DNA of 32,000 nucleotides from positions 780,001 through 812,000 of the forward strand of contig NC_014729.1 in assembly GCF_000172995.2 (NCBI RefSeq), written 5' to 3'. The notes below the pieces were generated by a model, which did not search any database, had not been told where the DNA came from, and saw only the letters and a program-made list of their open reading frames with translations. A program made the position numbers and the translations under genes. Of the stretch, positions 18,562-25,454 are shown one piece after another; the first letter of the stretch is position 1; each line of letters opens with the position of its first letter. This DNA comes from Halogeometricum borinquense DSM 11551. Lineage in GTDB: Archaea; Halobacteriota; Halobacteria; Halobacteriales; Haloferacaceae.

Positions 18562-19899
18562 ATGACAGCCGTCGGCATCGACGCCATCGAGATTTGGACG
18601 GGAAAACTTAGACTCGACCTCCCGAACACGTTCGCGCCCGAGATGGGCGAGGACCCAGAGAAGTACACGAAGGGCCTCGGTTTGGAGTCGTCGTCGTTCC
18701 CCGACGTTTACGAGGATATCGTCACGATGGGGGCGAACGCGGCGAAACAGCTGATGGACCGTAAGGGCCTGACGCCGGACGATATCGGCCGCATCGACGT
18801 GGCCACTGAGTCGGCGTTCGACAACTCCAAGCCGGTTTCGACGTACATCGCAGGCTGTCTCGAACAGGTGTACGACGGCGACTTCCACCACGCGAACAAG
18901 GGCGAACGCAAGTTCGCGTGTCTCGCGGGGACGCAGAGCATCGACGACGCGTACAACTGGATCAAGGCGGGTCGAAACCGCGGTCGCGCGGCGCTCGTCA
19001 TCGCCACAGACACCGCTCTGTACGAACGCGACGACCCCGGCGAGGCGACGCAGGGTGCCGGTGCCGTCGCCATGCTCATCACGGAGAATCCGTCTATCGT
19101 CGAACTCTCGACCGAGCAGGGCTACGGCAGTGCAGACGAGACTGACTTCCTCAAGCCGAACCAGCAGTTCCCGAGCGTTGACGGGAAGCGGTCAGTGCAA
19201 GTGTATCTCGCACGAATGCGCGAAGCGCTCGAAGATTACGAGTCCGTCTCGGGTGACACTCATCCCGACGACTTCGAGTACATCCCGTTCCACACGCCGT
19301 TCCCCGGCATGGTCCGGAAGGCCGCCGTTCTCGGCTACCGGCACATGACGCGCGACACCGAGATCGAGGATGAACTCACCAGTGAAATCGGCCGACAGCC
19401 CCGCGAAGCGGACTTCGAGTCGCGGGAGGAGTACACGGAGGCCATCCGCGATTACATGGATGACCTGAAGGGAATGGACCAGTACCGAGAGTGGTACGCC
19501 GAAACCATCGAACCGACGCTCTCCATCTCGCGGAACGTCGGCAACTGGTACACCGGATCGGTCCACATCGCTCGACTCTCCGCTCTCCGGCATGCACTCG
19601 AACGCGGCGAGGAGCTGGCCGGCCAGCAGATGCTCGTCGGTTCGTACGGATCCGGTGCGCAGGCCGAGGTTCACGCCGAAACCATCGTGGACGGCTGGAC
19701 CGAACACGTCGAGGCCGTCGAGGTGGAGGACCAACTCGCCCGCCGGTACGACATTTCGTTCGACGAGTACGAGCTCGTCCACGACGTTCACAACCACGAG
19801 AAAGAGGTTGACGTCGAGGCGTTCACTACGCCCGAAGCGGAGTTCGTCTTCACGGGTTGGGGTCGGATGAACGAACGCCGCTACGAGTACGTCGAATAG
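18562..19899 (+). CDS. hmgB: hydroxymethylglutaryl-CoA synthase (mevalonate pathway)
   Basis: The 445-aa protein is close, as I recall it, to haloarchaeal HmgB: MTAVGIDAIEIWTGKL...ATESAFDNSKPVSTY...FTGWGRMNERRYEYVE. Confidence 0.93.
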   Translation: MTAVGIDAIEIWTGKLRLDLPNTFAPEMGEDPEKYTKGLGLESSSFPDVYEDIVTMGANAAKQLMDRKGLTPDDIGRIDVATESAFDNSKPVSTYIAGCLEQVYDGDFHHANKGERKFACLAGTQSIDDAYNWIKAGRNRGRAALVIATDTALYERDDPGEATQGAGAVAMLITENPSIVELSTEQGYGSADETDFLKPNQQFPSVDGKRSVQVYLARMREALEDYESVSGDTHPDDFEYIPFHTPFPGMVRKAAVLGYRHMTRDTEIEDELTSEIGRQPREADFESREEYTEAIRDYMDDLKGMDQYREWYAETIEPTLSISRNVGNWYTGSVHIARLSALRHALERGEELAGQQMLVGSYGSGAQAEVHAETIVDGWTEHVEAVEVEDQLARRYDISFDEYELVHDVHNHEKEVDVEAFTTPEAEFVFTGWGRMNERRYEYVE

Positions 19900-20018
19900 A
19901 CGTCGAGTAGCGGGGACCGTCCGCACGAACGACGTGAGTGCGGAACCGAAGCGAGGAGTCGCTTCGGACCTACGAGTACGTCGAATAGACGTCGAGTAGC
20001 GGGGACCGTCCGCACGAA
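19881..20018 (+). repeat. two perfect 49-bp direct repeats (19881-19929 and 19970-20018) separated by 40 bp
   Basis: The unit CTACGAGTACGTCGAATAGACGTCGAGTAGCGGGGACCGTCCGCACGAA occurs twice. Copy 1 includes the last 19 nt of hmgB with its stop. The spacer contains the hairpin CCGAAGCG-aggagt-CGCTTCGG. Confidence 0.95.
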
Positions 20019-20037
20019 GAGAATTTTCTGCGGATAG

Positions 20038-20745
20038 TTAAGGAAGCGCGCGCAGGTCTTCGAGCATCGCGTCCAAGTCGCGGTTCGAGATAGCCAACGA
20101 GAAGCCGTCGATGCTGGCGAGTGACGGTGCGTGTTCCCACAAGTCGTCTTCCGTCAGCCCGTGGAGGATGACTGCGTTCGGTGTCGGCGTGACGACGCGC
20201 ATCGCCACGAGCGGTGACTCGCCGCGGCTGACATCAGTGAAGATGAGTGCGCGACTCGTCGATTGGCCGTAGAGACGGTAGAACTCTTCAGAAGAGAGGC
20301 GCGTGATCGCTTGGATGCTGTTGATGACGGTGTGTCCGCTCACGTGGTCGTGGTCGCCGCGGACGAGTTCAGTGGCGTCCATCGCATCGTACAAGCGTTC
20401 CAGCGGAATCGACGTGGAGTACTCGCGGAGGTCCTGTACGATATCGCTCTCGAACCCCGCAGAGATGACGCGAGCGTACTGGCGGATGCGACTCCCCCCG
20501 CGAGCTTGGTCGATGTCGAGGAGCGCTTCGACCATTCGGCGGACAACGCCGATACCGGGACTCTCGCGGCGTCCGCTCTCATAATCGGAGATGACCGACG
20601 ACGACACGTCAAGTTGCTCGGCAAGGGCCGTCTGTGAGATGTCGAAGTCCGTCCGCCACTTGCGAAGTGTCGCTCCCGCGTCGTCACTCAGCGTTATTTC
20701 ACCGGCGATACGTCGTGCAAGTTCGTCGCGCGGAACCTCGGTCAT
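20038..20745 (-). CDS. XRE-family HTH transcriptional regulator with C-terminal domain (archaeal COG2522-like)
   Basis: The HTH is LRKWRTDFDISQTALAEQLDVSSSVISDYESGRR. The protein is 235 aa. Confidence 0.8.
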   Translation of the reverse strand: MTEVPRDELARRIAGEITLSDDAGATLRKWRTDFDISQTALAEQLDVSSSVISDYESGRRESPGIGVVRRMVEALLDIDQARGGSRIRQYARVISAGFESDIVQDLREYSTSIPLERLYDAMDATELVRGDHDHVSGHTVINSIQAITRLSSEEFYRLYGQSTSRALIFTDVSRGESPLVAMRVVTPTPNAVILHGLTEDDLWEHAPSLASIDGFSLAISNRDLDAMLEDLRALP

Positions 20746-20891
20746 CGAGTTTCACCCGCGTCCCGTCCGTCCCGGCTCATACGGTACCCATGTGCGAGGG
20801 TTGGGCGCAAAAGCGTATCGAAACTCGGGTTCGACGAACGACGAGGAACGGGAGGCGAACGTTGAAGGGCTATTCCGAGTCACTGTTTCCC

Positions 20892-21557
20892 ATGCCATCG
20901 ACTATCGTCCACCTCGCAATCGGTGGACTCCTCGGTGCCGCTCTCCTCGGTGACGAGTTCGACCGGCGGAGCGTCCTCGTTATCTTCGCTTTCACTGCGC
21001 TTCCGGACGTAGACGTATTTGCCGAACCCATCTTCGCAGGCGCGCACCGGTCGCTCGGTCACACGTTCTTGCTCCCGGCCGTTCTGTTCGCCTTTCTCAT
21101 CTGGGACACCCGTCGCGGTGTGGCCTCCGTTCTCCGCGGGCGGTTCGGCGTTCGCGGCGTGAAACTCGCGTGGGTTGGAACGTTCTGTCTTCTCGGGGCG
21201 GGTATCCTGCCGGACCTCCTCGTCGGCGGCGTGAACGCACTTTACCCGCTTCACGACCGGTTTTACACCGTTGACGGGCGACTGCTGTACTCGACAGACC
21301 GAGGGTGGGTGCAGACGTTGGTAGACCTATCGCCGTCGGAACCGAAACAGACGCGAACGACGAAGAACTTCGAGTTTCGGACGGTGTTAGACGCTGCGCC
21401 GACGCAGAGGACGGCGGAAACGCCCGACGAAAAGCGCGTCGAGCGCATTTTCCCTGTGGCTCTGACTGGCTTCCGGTTCGGTATCGTCCTCCTCTCGGCC
21501 GTCGTCGTGCCTGTCCGATTGGCTGGAAACAGGTTCACCGGTCTGTTCGAGGAGTAA
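20892..21557 (+). CDS. membrane-bound metal-dependent hydrolase (DUF457/YdjM-like)
   Basis: From ATG 20892 the protein reads MPSTIVHLAIGGLLGAALLG...ALPDVDVF...HRSLGHTF, the typical His/Asp pattern and TM helices. The track ORF start at 20634 is an extension. Confidence 0.75.
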   Translation: MPSTIVHLAIGGLLGAALLGDEFDRRSVLVIFAFTALPDVDVFAEPIFAGAHRSLGHTFLLPAVLFAFLIWDTRRGVASVLRGRFGVRGVKLAWVGTFCLLGAGILPDLLVGGVNALYPLHDRFYTVDGRLLYSTDRGWVQTLVDLSPSEPKQTRTTKNFEFRTVLDAAPTQRTAETPDEKRVERIFPVALTGFRFGIVLLSAVVVPVRLAGNRFTGLFEE

Positions 21558-21620
21558 ATAGCTCGAACGGACCTGCGTTGAGGACCGCCCCAGCGGACGA
21601 CTGCCGGCACCGGCGCGTTC

Positions 21621-22142
21621 ATGTCCGAGGGCGTCCACGAAAAACCGATGACCGACGCGACGATACGACCCTACGAAGCGGACGACGCCACAGACTTGTG
21701 GGAACTAAAGCAGGGCTTCGAACTCGGAATCGGCGAGAACACCGGCCCGGCGGACAAAGGCGAAACGTACGAGGGGAAACTCACGGACCACTACCGAACG
21801 CGGTGGCTCGATTGGGTAGACCGCTGTGTCTCTACGGACGAGTCGTCCGTCACCGTCGCGGCGACGGCGGACGGACTCGTCGGATACGCGTTCGTCCTGC
21901 CGGAGTCACTCTCGTTCATCTGGGACGCGGCCGTCCTCAACGAGATATTCGTGGCGTCCGAGTACCGGGGAACGGGCGTCGCTGACGACTTGATGGACGC
22001 CGCGATTGAGTGCGCCCGCGAGCAGGACCTGCCACTCGACCGAATGGTACTCGACGTTGACCGAGAAAACGACCGCGCGCAGGCGTTTTACGAGCGCTAC
22101 GGCTTCGAACACTGGGGCGAAATGGTAGCGAGAGACCTCTAA
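21621..22142 (+). CDS. GNAT-family N-acetyltransferase
   Basis: The acetyl-CoA binding motif context is IFVASEYRGTGVADDLMDAAIECA, and the C-terminus is RAQAFYERYGFE. An alternative start is at 21648 (MTDATIRPYE). Confidence 0.85.
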   Translation: MSEGVHEKPMTDATIRPYEADDATDLWELKQGFELGIGENTGPADKGETYEGKLTDHYRTRWLDWVDRCVSTDESSVTVAATADGLVGYAFVLPESLSFIWDAAVLNEIFVASEYRGTGVADDLMDAAIECAREQDLPLDRMVLDVDRENDRAQAFYERYGFEHWGEMVARDL

Positions 22143-22720
22143 CTGCGAATCGTCGCGGTGATCGAACCGCCGATAGCACCGAGTGCGACTGGCGCGGTCA
22201 CGCCCGCGAGGAGAACCGTCGTCACCGGGTCGGGGCGGACGACGCTCCCGCCGAACGACGCGGGGAACGCGAGGAGTCCGGCGAGTGCGACCACGAGATA
22301 CCCGAGAGCGATAGCCGCCCCTGAGAGTGCGCCGTCCGCCGGGGACTCGGCCCCGGCGAGGGCAGCGGATACCGCTCCTGCGACGAGAAGACAGACGACG
22401 GGAACAGCGTAGAGAAGCGTTGAGAACGTTTCACCCGTCTCGATGAGGTTGACACTGGATGTTGAACCGAACAGCCCGGGAACGAGCGTCGTCACGCCGT
22501 GAGCGTTCAAGAACACCCAGCCGACGACCTGCCACACGGACAGTTCGCTGCCGACCGCTTCGAGGAAGCCGAACGCCGCGGAGTTCTGTATCGTCCCCGA
22601 TGCCGAGAGATACACGAGGAGGTAGCCGACGATAGCGGCCCCGAAACCACTGCCGACGCCGACGAGTGCGGTGCGCGGTGACCGAGTTGTCGATTTCATT
22701 ACACTCGTGGCGACTCTCAC
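22139..22720 (-). CDS. hypothetical multi-pass membrane protein
   Basis: The ORF is Gly/Ala/Val-rich with about 5 TM segments. Its stop overlaps the convergent GNAT stop by 4 bp. An alternative start is at 22699. Confidence 0.6.
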   Translation of the reverse strand: MRVATSVMKSTTRSPRTALVGVGSGFGAAIVGYLLVYLSASGTIQNSAAFGFLEAVGSELSVWQVVGWVFLNAHGVTTLVPGLFGSTSSVNLIETGETFSTLLYAVPVVCLLVAGAVSAALAGAESPADGALSGAAIALGYLVVALAGLLAFPASFGGSVVRPDPVTTVLLAGVTAPVALGAIGGSITATIRS

Positions 22721-22788
22721 GGACCCGTATATGCTTCGTGGTCGCTGTTGAGGGCGGGACGAGACGTGCGAGAACTGTTAGCGCCGCA

Positions 22789-23412
22789 TCATGGGCGCGA
22801 GTCGATGAACGTCACCGACTCGTCCGGCCCACCCGACTCGCGCCACTCTGCCTGCGAGATGGTATAACGCGCCTTGTCCCGGACTTCGCCGTCGAAGAAC
22901 TGGAGGCCGCGGCGAATCACGCCCTCGAATCGACCGCCAGCGTCGTCAATATACTTTCCGACAGCACGGCGGGATTTCTCGTTGTCCGCGGCGACGCTGA
23001 CGCCGACGAGACCGAAGTCCAGTCGGTCGAACGCGAGCGTGAGGAGCGCACGGGCGCGTTCGCCAGAGTAGCCACGCCCCCAGAACGGCTTACGGAGCCA
23101 GATACCGGGTTCTGCGGTGTCGCGGTCCCAATAACAGGTGACACCGGTCATGCCGACGAACTCACCGTCCTCGGGACGGCGAATCGCGTACTCGGCCGCC
23201 TCGCCCGACTCCCAGCGTTCCTCACAGGAGACGAGGAAATCGAACGTCTCCTTCGGCGTCTCGTGCGGCGAGAACGGGACATGGGCGAACATCTCCTCAG
23301 CGTCATCGCCGGAGGCGACTCGGTACAGTTCCCGCACGTCCACGGTGTCGCGTCCGGCGCGTTCGAGTCGGAGTCGGTCCGTCTCCACGACGGCCGGAAA
23401 GAGGTTACTCAT
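22789..23412 (-). CDS. GNAT acetyltransferase, RimJ/RimL-like (Acetyltransf_3-type)
   Basis: From ATG 23412 the protein reads MSNLFPAVVETDRLRLERAG and contains WLRKPFWGRGYSGERARALL. The start overlaps the upstream paralogue's stop by 8 bp. Confidence 0.85.
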   Translation of the reverse strand: MSNLFPAVVETDRLRLERAGRDTVDVRELYRVASGDDAEEMFAHVPFSPHETPKETFDFLVSCEERWESGEAAEYAIRRPEDGEFVGMTGVTCYWDRDTAEPGIWLRKPFWGRGYSGERARALLTLAFDRLDFGLVGVSVAADNEKSRRAVGKYIDDAGGRFEGVIRRGLQFFDGEVRDKARYTISQAEWRESGGPDESVTFIDSRP

Positions 23413-24031
23413 CGTCCCACCGGAGCGTCGCCGTCCGTTCGTCCGTTGCATCACGCCACTCACTTTGGGTGATCGAGTAGCGAACCGTTGCCTCGGGGTC
23501 GCCGTCGTGTACGACGCGATGGCGGAACTCGCCGTCGCGGTGGCCTCCCGCAGCCTCGATGTACTTCTGGATGGCGCGACCGGACTGCTCGTTCTCGGGG
23601 AGGTACTCCGCGGCGCACAGCGACACGTCGAACTCCTCGAACGCCACCTCGAAGAACGCCCGCGCCCGCTCGCCGGAGTAACCGCGACCCCAGAACCGTT
23701 TTCTGAGCCAGATGCCGAAAACGGCGGTGTCGCGGTCCCACTGGAAGTGTAGGCCCGTCGTTCCGGCGAACTCGCCCGCGCCGTCCTCGCCGTCGCGCGG
23801 GAAGATGGCGTAGATAGCTGCCTCGCCGTCGTCCCACTTCTCTTCGCATCGGGCGAGAAATTCGTCTGACTCCTTCGGCGTCTTCACGGGGTTCCACGAA
23901 ACGTACTCTGTCACCTCGTCGATGCCCTCGGCACCCTCTCGGGTGTACTCGTACTGTTCGAGCGGTGGAATCACCTCGCGCGTCGCGCGCCTGAGTCTAA
24001 GGCGGTCGGTCCGTATCTCAGCGGGGAACAT
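23405..24031 (-). CDS. GNAT acetyltransferase, RimJ/RimL-like, tandem paralogue
   Basis: The protein reads MFPAEIRTDRLRLRRAT...WLRKRFWGRGYSGERARAFF and is clearly paralogous to the downstream gene. Confidence 0.85.
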   Translation of the reverse strand: MFPAEIRTDRLRLRRATREVIPPLEQYEYTREGAEGIDEVTEYVSWNPVKTPKESDEFLARCEEKWDDGEAAIYAIFPRDGEDGAGEFAGTTGLHFQWDRDTAVFGIWLRKRFWGRGYSGERARAFFEVAFEEFDVSLCAAEYLPENEQSGRAIQKYIEAAGGHRDGEFRHRVVHDGDPEATVRYSITQSEWRDATDERTATLRWDDE

Positions 24032-24076
24032 GTCGCAGTGGTCACACTCTAATACATAGAAGTTACCTCGTGTGTG

Positions 24077-24529
24077 TCACTCGACACCACGCATCGTCTT
24101 CTCCTTGCGACCGGTGAGTTCCTCAGGGGCGAGTCGGTACATCTCGAAGTCTAACTCCGTAGACGGATGCTCGAAGATGGTTACGAACGGAATATCCATC
24201 GTCCGCATTGCCTCGACGATGGTCGAATCGAGTGCCGCTTCGGTCACCTCGGCGAGATGCCCGCGAGCGACGACCGACTTCCACCCCTCGTCAGTCTGCT
24301 CGTGGATGACGAGTGAGTCAACGCCCGCCGCATCTACGTACTCTCGTTTCTCTGATTCGGAATCGAACGCAAGTCGGAGGTAGAAGTGCTCCTCTTCATC
24401 GTCGAACCCGTAGGAGACGGGAATCGCATAGGAGTCGTCCCCCTTGGCGAGTGCGATGACCGCAGTACCGCCAGTTTCGAGGAACTCAACAATCTCTTCG
24501 TGACTCATGCTAACGGACTGGTCTGACAT
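24077..24529 (-). CDS. pyridoxamine 5'-phosphate oxidase-family (FMN-binding split-barrel) protein
   Basis: The sequence MSHEEIVEFLETGGTAVIALAKGDDSYAIPVSYGFD...FYLRLA is typical of the PNPOx-like family. The start is ambiguous (ATG 24529 or 24508; the track start 24568 is unlikely). Confidence 0.7.
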   Translation of the reverse strand: MSDQSVSMSHEEIVEFLETGGTAVIALAKGDDSYAIPVSYGFDDEEEHFYLRLAFDSESEKREYVDAAGVDSLVIHEQTDEGWKSVVARGHLAEVTEAALDSTIVEAMRTMDIPFVTIFEHPSTELDFEMYRLAPEELTGRKEKTMRGVE

Positions 24530-24748
24530 ACTCAAAGATACGGCCGCGAACGGCATAAAGTGACACACCGAGTATCAGTTTCCGCTAACTGACACGGGGA
24601 ACGACGGTGCCCAATCTTAACTGGAACTCTCGCTCAGAATTGGCTCTCGATCCATGAATCGCCGGTTCTATCCTTCGAGCCGTATATTTGTGCTACCGCT
24701 ATGAGTGTCATCGTAAGGGTGAATACATCAAATCACAGAGGAATAATC

Positions 24749-25426
24749 ATGGTGCAACGTCGCAATATCGATATCACCGGAATGTCCTGCCCCGGATGTG
24801 AGCGCACCGTCGAGACCGCGCTGAAGAGCGTCGATGGCGTCCGCCGCGCTGACGCGAACCGCGAATCAGGAACGGTCGAAACCGTCGTCGAAGACGACGT
24901 GGGCGACGACGACCTCGGAGACGCGATCCACAGTGCCGGTTACAAGATTGCTCGGCAAATCGTGGAGGATGCTGAAGAACGGAACGCGGTTATCGTCGTG
25001 GGCGACCTCGGCGGGATTCGCAAGGACAACCACAAGGGCAGGTACGTCAACGACAAGACCCACAAGATGCCGTTCGCCCGCCTACTCAACTACATCGAGT
25101 ACAAAGCCCACGACGCTGGTATCGACGTGCGGTTGGTCGAAGAATACGACACGTCGAAAACGTGCAACCGCTGTGCCTGCGAGGGCGTCCGTGAGACTCA
25201 GGGACGCTTCGAGTGTCCCGAGTGTGGGCTGGACGATAACGCGGACAAGAACGGTGCGCTGAATATTGGCAAACGAGCCTTGGGCAAGTTCTCGAAACCG
25301 CTGTCCGAGGCGGGGGCTATACTGGCACAGCCCGAAACGCAGGTCATCGTCCCACGCGACGACGAACCTGCGAACCTCTCCGTATCCGTGGGTTCAACCC
25401 CCAGTGGGGGAACCCCACGGCTTTAG
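24749..25426 (+). CDS. chimeric ORF: HMA copper-chaperone domain fused in frame to a TnpB C-terminal fragment
   Basis: The first 68 or so aa, MVQRRNIDITGMSCPGCERTVETALKSVDGVRRADANRESGTVETVVED...AIHSAGYKIA, form a complete ferredoxin-like HMA domain with a CxxC motif. From about 24951 the same frame continues as TnpB sequence. Confidence 0.75.
   Translation: MVQRRNIDITGMSCPGCERTVETALKSVDGVRRADANRESGTVETVVEDDVGDDDLGDAIHSAGYKIARQIVEDAEERNAVIVVGDLGGIRKDNHKGRYVNDKTHKMPFARLLNYIEYKAHDAGIDVRLVEEYDTSKTCNRCACEGVRETQGRFECPECGLDDNADKNGALNIGKRALGKFSKPLSEAGAILAQPETQVIVPRDDEPANLSVSVGSTPSGGTPRL
24951..25426 (+). pseudogene. tnpB: 5'-truncated TnpB (IS200/IS605-family OrfB, RNA-guided nuclease) remnant
   Basis: RQIVEDAEERNAVIVVGDLGGIR...YKAHDAGIDVRLVEEYDTSKTCNRCA...RFECPECGLDDNADKNGALNIG is the RuvC-II/Zn-finger/RuvC-III portion only. 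The WED/REC and RuvC-I parts are missing, and the expected RuvC-II Glu position reads Gly (VVGDL). Confidence 0.8.
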
Positions 25427-25445
25427 CCGTGGGAGGATGTCAGGA
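25386..25445 (+). mobile_element. IS right-end / omega-RNA-scaffold-like nested hairpins at the tnpB 3' end
   Basis: CCGTGGG (25386-25392) pairs with CCCACGG (25414-25420), enclosing CCCC-agt-GGGG. Overlapping this, CCACGGC-ttta-GCCGTGG (25415-25432) has the TAG stop straddling its loop and 3' arm. The exact element end is not determinable. Confidence 0.5.
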
Positions 25446-25454
25446 AGTCGTCAC

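Noticed and set aside
19192-19926. 244-aa ORF antisense to hmgB
   Set aside because: A shadow ORF of a highly conserved enzyme gene with atypical composition.
19881-20018. Direct repeats considered as a mini-CRISPR array
   Set aside because: There are only two copies, the repeat is 49 bp, copy 1 overlaps the hmgB coding end, and there is no further periodicity or cas gene.
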